A stretch of 40,115 nt of DNA, taken from IMG/VR virus record IMGVR_UViG_3300029478_000007; one strand, written 5' to 3'. The position numbers and the translations under genes were made by a program. This DNA comes from a virus. The notes beneath the pieces were generated by a model. It was not told the origin of the DNA, did no database searches, and worked only from the letters and a program-made list of their open reading frames with translations. Below, one piece after another: positions 8,507-16,840 of the stretch (positions are counted from its first letter, which is position 1; every line of letters begins with the position of its first letter).

Positions 8507-8721
8507 GGCTTACACCGGTGCAGGCCCCGTGTAAGGGCTGCGCGGACAGGCATACCGGCTGCCACACGGACTGCACCCGATACATAGCATTCCGCCGGGA
8601 GGCGGACAGATACAGACAGGAGCATTCAAAAGACGCGGCGAGATATGCGACGACGCGGGGCTGCATGCGGACGCTGCGGGACGCAACCCGCGCAAGACGT
8701 GAAGGGAGGCAACATTACTGA
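8491..8721 (+). CDS. Small Cys-rich protein (76 aa)
   Basis: The ATG at 8491 was chosen inside ORF 8212..8721. CKGCADRHTGCHTDC motif. Confidence 0.5.
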   Translation: MQGNLGLTPVQAPCKGCADRHTGCHTDCTRYIAFRREADRYRQEHSKDAARYATTRGCMRTLRDATRARREGRQHY

Positions 8722-9011
8722 TGAGCACGCCGCGATACGGCTGGTGGGCCTATGCAAAATGGATGATCCGCAGCTATAAGGGCGGCGAGCTGATGACGAA
8801 GGCCGAGCGCGCTGCCGTTGAGGAGGCAATAGCAGAGACGGAACGGCTCGTTGACGGCGCGGAGCGACTCCGGCTCATAGATTTGGTTCTTTGGAAGCGG
8901 ACGCATACCTTGCAGGGCGCTGCGATGGCGGTTTATGTATCCGAACGCACCGCGCAGGAATGGCACAGGCAATTTATTCGCCTTGTGGGGCAAAAAAGAG
9001 GGCTTTTATGA
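8721..9011 (+). CDS. ArpU/RinA-like late transcriptional regulator (sigma-70 region-4-like HTH)
   Basis: It is the last gene before the packaging operon. The C-terminal HTH is LQGAAMAVYVSERTAQEWHRQFIRLV. Confidence 0.6.
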   Translation: MSTPRYGWWAYAKWMIRSYKGGELMTKAERAAVEEAIAETERLVDGAERLRLIDLVLWKRTHTLQGAAMAVYVSERTAQEWHRQFIRLVGQKRGLL

Positions 9012-9012
9012 A

Positions 9013-9033
9013 AAAGTCTGCGTCCCAGAGCCA
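9013..9033 (+). promoter_or_regulatory. Conserved late-boundary motif AAAGnnTGCGTCCCAGAGCCA (copy 1)
   Basis: The 15-nt core tgcgtcccagagcca (9019-9033) is identical to 16130-16144. Both copies are followed by an AT-rich spacer, TATAAG and a hairpin. Confidence 0.6.
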
Positions 9034-9052
9034 AATTTAACATTTACTATAA

Positions 9053-9083
9053 GGGCGTAGAGATCAACTCTACGCCCTTCTTC
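9053..9083 (+). terminator. Hairpin GGGCGTAGAG-ATCAA-CTCTACGCCC followed by TTCTTC
   Basis: Perfect 10-bp stem at 9053-9062 / 9068-9077. The U-tract is weak. Confidence 0.55.
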
Positions 9084-9121
9084 ATCGGCACCGCAGCGTT
9101 CTGCGGAAACCTCCTCCTCCT

Positions 9122-9179
9122 GTTCTCGTGTTCTCCGGTGTGAATAAATATATTTATTCACACACGGAGACACGAGAAC
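9122..9179. repeat. 58-bp imperfect palindrome upstream of the packaging genes
   Basis: Perfect core gtgtgaataaata|tatttattcacac (9138-9163). The outer arms gttctcgtgttctccg / acggagacacgagaac pair with a one-nt shift. Confidence 0.85.
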
Positions 9180-9206
9180 GAAAGAATGAGGCAGAAAGGA
9201 GCGGCT

Positions 9207-9443
9207 ATGGCGAGTTTGCGCGCCCTTGCACACAAGCTGCAAACAGCGCTCTTGTACCACGGAATCAAAATAAAAATCAATCAAATGCAGACCTATTCCG
9301 CGAAAAATGACAGGATGGTGACGAAATACATGGTTTACGAATATCGACCTGATGAAAAGCCGAAGAACGTCACTCTGCTGGAAACGTACCAGATCGCGGA
9401 TGTGGTGAAGTTGCTGGTAAGCCTTTACAGCGATGGCGGATGA
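9207..9443 (+). CDS. Hypothetical small protein upstream of terS
   Basis: ATG at 9207 follows AAAGGAG. The ORF-track start at 9186 is an alternative. Confidence 0.55.
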   Translation: MASLRALAHKLQTALLYHGIKIKINQMQTYSAKNDRMVTKYMVYEYRPDEKPKNVTLLETYQIADVVKLLVSLYSDGG

Positions 9444-9849
9444 AAAACTTACGCCGAAGCAGAAACGATTCTGCGAAGAATATTTAAAATCTGCCAACGC
9501 CTCAGAAGCAGCGAAAAAAGCGGGATATAGCCTGAAAACGGCTCCGTTTATTGGCGCTGAAAACCTAAAAAAACCTCAAATTTCTGCCTATATTAAGCGC
9601 AGGATGGACGAACAGGAAGCGGCGCAGGTCGCGGATTCAAACGAAATTCTGAAATTTTACACTGCGGTAATGCGCGGCGAGATCAAAGACCAGTTCGGCA
9701 TGGACGCATCGCTGTCCGACCGGCTGAAAGCCGGTGACAGCCTTATGAAACGCTACGCAGCTGCTTCCGACCGCAACAGGACGACAATGGAGAAGCTTGA
9801 TTCGATGCTGAAGGAGTTCCAAGATGCTGTTAAGTCCGAAGCAACGTGA
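9433..9849 (+). CDS. terS: Terminase small subunit (Terminase_2 / P27-like)
   Basis: KLTPKQKRFCEEYLKSANASEAAKKAGYS is the classic TerS HTH N-terminus. Confidence 0.88.
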   Translation: MADEKLTPKQKRFCEEYLKSANASEAAKKAGYSLKTAPFIGAENLKKPQISAYIKRRMDEQEAAQVADSNEILKFYTAVMRGEIKDQFGMDASLSDRLKAGDSLMKRYAAASDRNRTTMEKLDSMLKEFQDAVKSEAT

Positions 9850-11026
9850 ATATGTGTTGAAAAGCGCCGGGCACAGATGGGGCTTCAAGGGTGGTGCAAC
9901 ACGCAGCGGGAAGACTTACCTCGATTTTCGATGGATCATACCGATCCGGATTCGTGAGCGAATCGGGAAAGATGGTCTGGCCGTCATTCTCGGCGTAACA
10001 AAATCCACGATTGAGCGAAATGTGCTGGAGCCGATGCGGAACCTGTATGGCGATATGCTCGTCGGAACAATCTCCAGCGACAACACGGCGTGGATTTTCG
10101 GAGAAAAGTGCTATTGCCTCGGTGCGGAAAAGGTTTCTCAGGTGTCAAAGATCCGCGGCGCGTCGATTAAATATTGCTACGGCGACGAGGTTGCGGACTG
10201 GTCGGAAGAAGTCTTCGCACTGCTAAAAAGCCGTCTTGATAAGGAATACTCCTGTTTTGATGGGACGTTCAATCCGCAATATCCTGACCACTGGCTGAAA
10301 AAATTCCTCGATAGCAACGCGGATATTTTCAGCCAGACATATACGATCGACGACAATCCGTTCCTGCCGGAATCTTTTAAAGAAAATCTGAAAAAAGAAT
10401 ACGAAGGGACGGTTTATTACGACCGCTACATTCTCGGCCTCTGGGTACGCGCCGAAGGACTGGTATATCCGATGTTTGGAGATGGCTGCATCACGCAGGA
10501 TACCCCGGACACCGGAGATTATTATATATCTATAGACTATGGCACGCTGAACCCGTTTTCTGCCGGGTTATGGTGCGTTGGGAAGAAATGTGCAGTCAGA
10601 ATCGCGGAGATCTATTACAGCGGCCGCGAGGAAAAGAAGCAGAAAACAGATGAGGAATACTGCGACATGGTAGAACGGCTTGCAGGAGATAAGCCAATCA
10701 GGGCCGTTGTCGTGGATCCGTCTGCCGCATCGTTCATTGAAGCGCTGCGCAGAAGGGGCGGATTTAAAGTCCGGCACGCGGACAACGACGTTTTGAACGG
10801 GATCCGCACAACGTCCGACTTCCTGCGTGATGGAAGAATCAAGATTCATGCGGGCTGTAAAGACGCCATCCGAGAATTCGGGCTTTACAGGTGGGACGAA
10901 AAAGCAGAATCTGACCGCGTCGTGAAGGAAAACGACCACACTATGGACGAAATCAGGTACATGGTGATGACGGTTTTGAAAAAGCACTTCAAAGAACACA
11001 GATTTGTGCCGGAGCTGGCGCGGTGA
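9824..11026 (+). CDS. terL: Terminase large subunit (PBSX/XtmB-like)
   Basis: Walker A GGATRSGKT, 400 aa, located directly after terS. Confidence 0.88.
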   Translation: MLLSPKQREYVLKSAGHRWGFKGGATRSGKTYLDFRWIIPIRIRERIGKDGLAVILGVTKSTIERNVLEPMRNLYGDMLVGTISSDNTAWIFGEKCYCLGAEKVSQVSKIRGASIKYCYGDEVADWSEEVFALLKSRLDKEYSCFDGTFNPQYPDHWLKKFLDSNADIFSQTYTIDDNPFLPESFKENLKKEYEGTVYYDRYILGLWVRAEGLVYPMFGDGCITQDTPDTGDYYISIDYGTLNPFSAGLWCVGKKCAVRIAEIYYSGREEKKQKTDEEYCDMVERLAGDKPIRAVVVDPSAASFIEALRRRGGFKVRHADNDVLNGIRTTSDFLRDGRIKIHAGCKDAIREFGLYRWDEKAESDRVVKENDHTMDEIRYMVMTVLKKHFKEHRFVPELAR

Positions 11027-11034
11027 GGTAAAAG

Positions 11035-12381
11035 ATGAAAACATATCAGGATTTTTTAGAGGTCGCGGAAAAGTCTGACCGGGAACGGATGGAATTTGTT
11101 CTGTCCGCGATAAATAATCACAAAGACTCGGATTTATACAAACAGGCGGTTATTGCGAAGGAATACGACGCGCACAGGAATGTGACGATTGCAAATTTTC
11201 AAAAGCTGCTTTATACACTCAACGGGAAAGTCATTCCAGACAACTACAGTCCGAACTATAAGCTTCGGAGCAATTTCTTTGCAAATTTCATCACGCAGGA
11301 AACGCAGTATCTGCTCGGAAACGGCGTGACGCTGAAAGAAGCCGCGAACAAAGGAAAACTCGGCGCATCGTTCGACGTTCGGCTGCAGGACGCAGCGCAT
11401 GCGGCGCTTGTTGGAGGCGTATCGTATGGCTTCTGGAACCTTGATCATCTTGAGGTTTTCGATGTAACAGAGTTCGTTCCGCTTCTCGATGAGGAAAACG
11501 GTGCGTTGCGCTCCGGGATTAGATTCTGGCAGGTATCCGGTACAAAGCCGCTTCGCGCAACACTCTACGAGCCGGACGGCTTTACACAGTTCATCCGCAG
11601 AAGCGGAAAAAACATGGAGATCCTAGAGGCAAAGCGCGGATATGTATCTGTCGAGGCAAGTTCCGAAGCGGACGGTACGGAAATCCTTGCATATCAAAAC
11701 TATCCCGGCTTCCCGATTATTCCGCTCTACGGCAACCGCGCAAGGCAGTCAGAGCTTGTCGGCCAACGCGAGGCGATAGACTGCTACGATCTCATTAAGT
11801 CAGGCTTTGCGAATACAGTTGATGAGGCGTCAATCATTTACTGGACGATCTCGAACGCTGGCGGAATGGACGAGATCGATATGGCACGGTTCAAAGAGTC
11901 CATGCGGAGAATTGGTGTAGGTCTTGTGGACGACGACGGCGCGAAGGCAGAGGCTCATACGCTCACAATCCCGGTTGAAGCTCGGGAAGCGCTTCTTTCC
12001 AGAATCAGCGACGATCTTTACCGTGACGCGCAAATGCTTGATGTGACAAAAATGCAGGCGGGACAGAAGACGGCGACGGAGATCATGGCGGCGTATCAGC
12101 CGATGGATAACAAGGTGGATCAATTTGAATACTGCGTGATCGAGTTCCTGCAGGCGTTGTTTAAGATCGTTGGTATTGATGACGAGCCGTCCTTTATGCG
12201 ATCCAAAATAACAAATCAGTTAGAACAGACGCAAATGGTGCTGCTTGCCGCGAGCTACCTTGACGACGAAACGATTCTGAGCAAGCTGCCGTGGCTTACG
12301 CAGGAGGAAATCGCAAACATTTTGAAGAGGAAAAGCGCGGAAGAATTAGAGCGATATTCCACGAAAGATATGGAGGAATAG
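11035..12381 (+). CDS. Portal protein (SPP1 gp6-like)
   Basis: 448 aa, immediately after terL. The composition is typical of portals. Confidence 0.8.
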   Translation: MKTYQDFLEVAEKSDRERMEFVLSAINNHKDSDLYKQAVIAKEYDAHRNVTIANFQKLLYTLNGKVIPDNYSPNYKLRSNFFANFITQETQYLLGNGVTLKEAANKGKLGASFDVRLQDAAHAALVGGVSYGFWNLDHLEVFDVTEFVPLLDEENGALRSGIRFWQVSGTKPLRATLYEPDGFTQFIRRSGKNMEILEAKRGYVSVEASSEADGTEILAYQNYPGFPIIPLYGNRARQSELVGQREAIDCYDLIKSGFANTVDEASIIYWTISNAGGMDEIDMARFKESMRRIGVGLVDDDGAKAEAHTLTIPVEAREALLSRISDDLYRDAQMLDVTKMQAGQKTATEIMAAYQPMDNKVDQFEYCVIEFLQALFKIVGIDDEPSFMRSKITNQLEQTQMVLLAASYLDDETILSKLPWLTQEEIANILKRKSAEELERYSTKDMEE

Positions 12382-12385
12382 ACGT

Positions 12386-12691
12386 ATGAGCAGCATGGTA
12401 CAGGGCGATGCGTACAGTCTGGCCGTCACGGTCAAGAACAACGGGCAGGCTGTCGAGATCGACGATATTGAGAAGGTCGAAATGACGCTTCTGTATTTGC
12501 AGAAGTATTACCCAGGCCAGATCACATACGCGGACGGGAAATTCTATTTCCCGCTGGCGCAGGAAGAAACATTCCGCCTGCCGAAGGTCTGCCAGATGCA
12601 GATCCGCGTAAAATTCAAAAGCGGTGACGTGATCGGCTCGGAGATCAAGCAGATCGACGTTGCGCACGCGCTTTCAAAGGCGGTGTTGTGA
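12386..12691 (+). CDS. Hypothetical structural-region protein (101 aa)
   Basis: ORF with good coding appearance, tightly packed between the portal and the fibre-like genes. Confidence 0.5.
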   Translation: MSSMVQGDAYSLAVTVKNNGQAVEIDDIEKVEMTLLYLQKYYPGQITYADGKFYFPLAQEETFRLPKVCQMQIRVKFKSGDVIGSEIKQIDVAHALSKAVL

Positions 12692-12939
12692 TGGGCGGCA
12701 TTGAATTTGGACTCAAGAACCGCGATCCGGTTGACGTTTCCTTTAGCGTTTCCGTGCGTGCTGACGGCGGCTCCGGCGGCGGCTACAACATCGGCCCCGG
12801 CCTGAAGCTGGACGCCGAAACCAACACCCTGTCCGTCGATACGGCGGATGCCGTCGAAAAGGACAACACCAAGCCCGTAACGTCCGCCGCCGTGTATACG
12901 GAGGTTGGAAACATCAACGCCCTGCTGGCGACAATCTAA
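12688..12939 (+). CDS. Small fibre-like protein (Gly-rich; C-terminal KPVTSAAVYTEVGNI motif)
   Basis: The PVTSxAVY motif recurs in phage fibre and appendage proteins (recollection). Confidence 0.45.
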   Translation: MMGGIEFGLKNRDPVDVSFSVSVRADGGSGGGYNIGPGLKLDAETNTLSVDTADAVEKDNTKPVTSAAVYTEVGNINALLATI

Positions 12940-12951
12940 AGGAGTGATTTT

Positions 12952-13833
12952 ATGAGCACACAAACCGAAATTACCAGATTGCAGACCGCGCGGAACAAGC
13001 TGCGCACATGGCTCGTCGGCCTCGGCCTCGCCGCGAGCACGGACAAACTCGACGCGCTGACCGACAAGGCTGCCGCCATCAAAAATCAGGGCGCGGTTGA
13101 CGCCAATGTCAAGGAGGGCGAGTCCTACACCATCCCCGCGGGCTATCACAACGGCTCCGGCACGGTCAAGGGCGTCTCCGGCGGCGGCAATTACAACCTG
13201 CAGGCCAAATCCGTCACGCCGACGAAGGAGCAGCAGTCCATCACACCAGATCAGGGCTATTACGGCCTGTCCGGCGTGACCGTCGGCGCGATTCCGGAAA
13301 ACTATCAGGACGTCTCCGCCACGACCGCCGCGCCCGGCGACGTGCTGGCGAATAAAGTCTTCATCGATGCCGACGGCGTAACGCAGGCAGGCACCATGCC
13401 GGACAACGGCGCGGTCGAAAAGGTGCTGGACGCCACGACCGGCAATCAGGAGTACACTGTCCCAGCCGGTAAGCACTCCGGCACGGGCAAGGTATCCGTC
13501 GTGCTGGAAACCAAGTCCGCCACGCCTGCCGAGGCCGCGCAGGACATTACGCCCACAAAGGGCAAAGTCCTCGGCAAAGTCACGGTAAGCGCGATCCCGG
13601 ACAAATACAAGGACGTTTCCGGCGTGACTGCCGGAGCGGCTGACGTGCTGGACGGAAAGTTTATCGTGCTGGCCGACGGCAGCAAGGCAGAGGGCACCAT
13701 GGCCAACAACGGCGCGATCTCGAAGACCATCGACGGCCTCACGCAGACTAGCGCCGATATCCCTGCGGGCTACACCTCCGGCGGAACGGTATCGCTGACA
13801 GACGACATCGAAAACGCTCTCGCCGCGATTTAA
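12952..13833 (+). CDS. Repeat-containing appendage-like protein (about 2.5 copies of a module of roughly 93 aa)
   Basis: Recurring YT(I/V)PAG(Y/K)HxGxGxV, KS(V/A)TP...ITP...VTVxAIPxxYxDVS and GTMxxNGA blocks. Confidence 0.6.
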   Translation: MSTQTEITRLQTARNKLRTWLVGLGLAASTDKLDALTDKAAAIKNQGAVDANVKEGESYTIPAGYHNGSGTVKGVSGGGNYNLQAKSVTPTKEQQSITPDQGYYGLSGVTVGAIPENYQDVSATTAAPGDVLANKVFIDADGVTQAGTMPDNGAVEKVLDATTGNQEYTVPAGKHSGTGKVSVVLETKSATPAEAAQDITPTKGKVLGKVTVSAIPDKYKDVSGVTAGAADVLDGKFIVLADGSKAEGTMANNGAISKTIDGLTQTSADIPAGYTSGGTVSLTDDIENALAAI

Positions 13834-13846
13834 AGGAGGAACAGAC

Positions 13847-14644
13847 ATGAGCGTACAGACAGAGATCGACCGCATTATCACGGCAGTCGGCGCGGCGTAT
13901 GACGCAGTAAAGGCCAAAGGCGGCACAGCCCCTGCGGCACAGACCATCGAAGGGCTTGCAGGCGCGATCAGCGGAATAAAATCCGCACCGACTACGCCGT
14001 ATATGGAAGCTGAATACGAGCAAGAACCCATGACAGCCTATGAAAGCGCAAGCTATATAAAAAAAGCAAAGCTCTACAACCACACAAGAATTGCAGCTTA
14101 TGAGTTTGCGCAACAACACTTACTGCAAGAGCTGGATACGTCAGATCCATCAAACAACATCACAACAATTGATGCGAGCGCTTTTACTGGCTCTATGTGT
14201 GAGAATGTTATCATACCGGAAACGGTGACATTGATAGGAAATGGCGCGTTTTCTGCTGCTAATATCGGAACAATGATTTTGCCGAGGAACGTAACCAGAG
14301 TTTCAGCCTTCGCATTTTCAGATGTGAGAGGCGTTAATGGTGTAGCGCCGGTAATAAAATTAAACGAAGGGCTTGCTGTTATCGGAGACTCTGCGTTTAA
14401 CAATGCGAACATTGCCGGAGAAATGGAGATTCCATCAACGGTGACAGAAATAGGAGCATATTGTTTTTCTTATGCTAACATAACAACTGTTATCTGTAAG
14501 GCGACAACGCCGCCTGCGCTCAGATCTGAAACATTCACCTCGATAACAGCGGGATTTACCATCAAAGTCCCGGCTGCATCGGTCGCGGCGTATAAAGCTG
14601 CCGACGGATGGAAGGATTATGCGAGTTACATCGTTGCGATGTGA
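13847..14644 (+). CDS. BspA-type leucine-rich-repeat (LRR_5-like) protein
   Basis: IPETVTLIGNGAFS, LPRNVTRVSAFAFS, LNEGLAVIGDSAFN and IPSTVTEIGAYCFS repeats. The N-terminus MSVQTEIDRI resembles MSTQTEITRL of the preceding gene. Confidence 0.7.
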   Translation: MSVQTEIDRIITAVGAAYDAVKAKGGTAPAAQTIEGLAGAISGIKSAPTTPYMEAEYEQEPMTAYESASYIKKAKLYNHTRIAAYEFAQQHLLQELDTSDPSNNITTIDASAFTGSMCENVIIPETVTLIGNGAFSAANIGTMILPRNVTRVSAFAFSDVRGVNGVAPVIKLNEGLAVIGDSAFNNANIAGEMEIPSTVTEIGAYCFSYANITTVICKATTPPALRSETFTSITAGFTIKVPAASVAAYKAADGWKDYASYIVAM

Positions 14645-14673
14645 ACGCCGAAAACCGGAAAAGGGAGAACACC

Positions 14674-14742
14674 ATGGACACCAAGACCATCATCGTCACC
14701 CTCGTCTGTGCCGCGCTCGGCGGGGCGGATAGAAGTGTATGA
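14674..14742 (+). CDS. 22-aa hydrophobic micropeptide (MDTKTIIVTLVCAALGGADRSV)
   Basis: AAGGGAG lies 6 nt upstream of the ATG at 14674. The stop overlaps the ATG at 14739 (ATGA). Confidence 0.3.
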   Translation: MDTKTIIVTLVCAALGGADRSV

Positions 14743-15737
14743 GCACAAGCAACACCGCCGGGCAGAAAATGACAGACGCAGAGCTCGCAAAGCTTGAAAA
14801 GCGGATTGCTGCGATATACAGGGAAGCGTATAACGATCTGACGGATACGATCAGGGATTACTTCGGTAAATTTGCAGCGCGCGACGCGGCGGAAAAGGCG
14901 CGAATGGACGCTGGCGATATCACCGAGGAACAATACAAGCAATGGCGGCTTGCGCAGATCGGGCGTGGAAGGCGCTTTGAGGCGCTACGGGATAAGGTCG
15001 CAGAGCGCATGACAAATGCAAACGTTGCTGCTGTTGCGTATGTAAACGATGCAACGCCGGGCATTTACAGCTTGAACCGAAATTTCGCGGCGTACACCAT
15101 TGAGCAGGTGACCGGAGATGTCGGCTTCGACATCTGGGACGAACAGACCGTGAAGCGCCTGATCTCCGAGCAGCCGGAGCTTATGCCGTACTATCCGGAA
15201 AAGCTGGCGCTCAATCGCGGGATAGATCTTGCATATGGGAAAAAGCAGATCACGGCCAGTGTCACCAGCTCCATCTTGCAGGGCCGGAGCATCAAAGGCA
15301 TGGCGGATGATCTGCAAAGCCGTATCACCACCATGAACCGCGATAGCGCAATCCGGACGGCCCGCACAGCCGTCACGGGCGCGCAGAACGCCGGACGGCT
15401 GGATTCCTATTATGCCGCTGAGAAAATGGGAATCAAGTGCAGGAAACAATGGATGGCGACGCTCGACGGAAGAACCCGCCACTCCCACGCCATGCTCGAC
15501 GGCGAGATCGTGGACAACGACAAAAAGTTCTCCAACGGCTGCCGCTACCCAGGTGACCCGAACGGCCCACCGTCCGAAATCTATAACTGCCGCTGCACGC
15601 TGGTATCCGAGATTGAAGGAATCGACACCTCCGGAGGCAAGCGACGTGCCAGGGACCAGGCGACCGGACGGAATGAGCTGATTGAGAACATGAGCTATGC
15701 GGAATGGGCAGGGTGGAAAAAGAAAAATGGACGTTGA
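14739..15737 (+). CDS. Head morphogenesis / minor capsid protein (SPP1 gp7, Mu F-like)
   Basis: MATLDGRTRHSHAMLDGE and YNCRCTL signature motifs. Confidence 0.85.
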   Translation: MSTSNTAGQKMTDAELAKLEKRIAAIYREAYNDLTDTIRDYFGKFAARDAAEKARMDAGDITEEQYKQWRLAQIGRGRRFEALRDKVAERMTNANVAAVAYVNDATPGIYSLNRNFAAYTIEQVTGDVGFDIWDEQTVKRLISEQPELMPYYPEKLALNRGIDLAYGKKQITASVTSSILQGRSIKGMADDLQSRITTMNRDSAIRTARTAVTGAQNAGRLDSYYAAEKMGIKCRKQWMATLDGRTRHSHAMLDGEIVDNDKKFSNGCRYPGDPNGPPSEIYNCRCTLVSEIEGIDTSGGKRRARDQATGRNELIENMSYAEWAGWKKKNGR

Positions 15738-16125
15738 ATTTATCGACAACTCAGAGGAAATCAAGGACAATATGAAAAACGCGCTGCTTCGTGCGCTTGA
15801 AAAGGTCGGAATAACGGCGGAAAAGTACGCGAAGCGGCTATGCCCGGTTGATACCGGAAATCTACGCAACAGCATCACGCACCGCGTAGACCAGGAGGAA
15901 CCGGCGGTATACGTCGGAAGTGATTCTGAATATGCTGCCTATGTGGAGCTCGGAACGGGCAAGCATTATCCGGGCGGGAGACCTACGCCGTGGGTGTATC
16001 AGGACGCGAAGGGGAACTGGCACTGGACGGCTGGAAACAAAGCACAGCCGCATTTGAAGCCAGCGGCGGCGAACTATGCGGCGCAGTACCTGAAAATCGT
16101 CGAAGATGAGATGAAAAACGGATAA
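15727..16125 (+). CDS. HK97 gp10-family protein
   Basis: CPVDTGNLRNSI and YAAYVELGTG motifs. The ATG at 15727 was chosen inside ORF 15697..16125. Confidence 0.7.
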   Translation: MDVEFIDNSEEIKDNMKNALLRALEKVGITAEKYAKRLCPVDTGNLRNSITHRVDQEEPAVYVGSDSEYAAYVELGTGKHYPGGRPTPWVYQDAKGNWHWTAGNKAQPHLKPAAANYAAQYLKIVEDEMKNG

Positions 16126-16144
16126 AGATTGCGTCCCAGAGCCA
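16124..16144 (+). promoter_or_regulatory. Conserved late-boundary motif AAAGnnTGCGTCCCAGAGCCA (copy 2)
   Basis: The 15-nt core at 16130-16144 is identical to 9019-9033. TATAAG lies at 16156-16161. Confidence 0.6.
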
Positions 16145-16161
16145 TAAATATACGGTATAAG

Positions 16162-16200
16162 TGTGGTAACAGCAAAGAAATGACTGTTGCCACATTTTTT
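16162..16200 (+). terminator. Rho-independent terminator (11-bp stem with one G-U pair, 11-nt loop, T6)
   Basis: tgtggtaacag (16162-16172) pairs with ctgttgccaca (16184-16194), followed by tttttt at 16195-16200. Confidence 0.8.
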
Positions 16201-16247
16201 GTTCTGTCGCGGCAAAGCACCGCCGACAAGGGAAAGGAAGATAGAAC

Positions 16248-16838
16248 ATGGCACTGACGCGCAAGCTCCTGAAGGGAATGGGGCTGACAGAAGAGCAGAT
16301 GGATACGATCATTGAGGCGCACACCGATACCGTAGACGGGCTGAAAAGCGACCTTGCACGGTATAAGGCAGACGCCGAAAAGCTCCCCGGAGTACAGGCG
16401 GAGCTTGAAAACCTGAAAGCCAAAGGCGACGATGGCTGGAAGGATAAGCACGACAAGATCAAAAAGGAATTTGACGACTACAAAAGAGAGCAGATGCAGA
16501 AGGAAACCAAGAGCGCGAAAGAATCCGCGTATCGGGAACTTTTGAAGTCTGTGGGTATCAGCGAAAAACGAATTGATTCGGTTTTGAAGGTCACCGATCT
16601 TTCTTCGATTGAATTGGAAGACGGCAAGATCAAGAATGCCGATGATTTGAAGAAGTCCATCAAGGAAGAGTGGGCAGATTTCGTTGTTACCACGAAACAG
16701 AAGGGCGCGGACACCAAAGACCCGCCCGCAAACAACGGCGGCGCTATGAGCCGGGACGACATCTTCAAAATCAGGGACGCGTCTGAACGGCAGGCAGCAA
16801 TTGCCGCAAATCTCAATTTGTTCGGAAAGGAAGAATAA
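16248..16838 (+). CDS. Scaffolding protein (GP20-like)
   Basis: Charged coiled-coil protein directly upstream of the major capsid gene. Confidence 0.75.
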   Translation: MALTRKLLKGMGLTEEQMDTIIEAHTDTVDGLKSDLARYKADAEKLPGVQAELENLKAKGDDGWKDKHDKIKKEFDDYKREQMQKETKSAKESAYRELLKSVGISEKRIDSVLKVTDLSSIELEDGKIKNADDLKKSIKEEWADFVVTTKQKGADTKDPPANNGGAMSRDDIFKIRDASERQAAIAANLNLFGKEE

Positions 16839-16840
16839 AC

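Noticed and set aside
12544-14031. 495-aa minus-strand ORF antisense to the appendage genes, and similar long antisense ORFs (3528..4565, 14985..15878, 16074..16850, 23085..23903, 25999..26790, 27640..28485, 30671..31583)
   Set aside because: Each is antisense to a + strand gene with recognisable motifs or strong SD/ATGA coupling. Their products are Arg/Gly/Ala-rich with no domain-like features.
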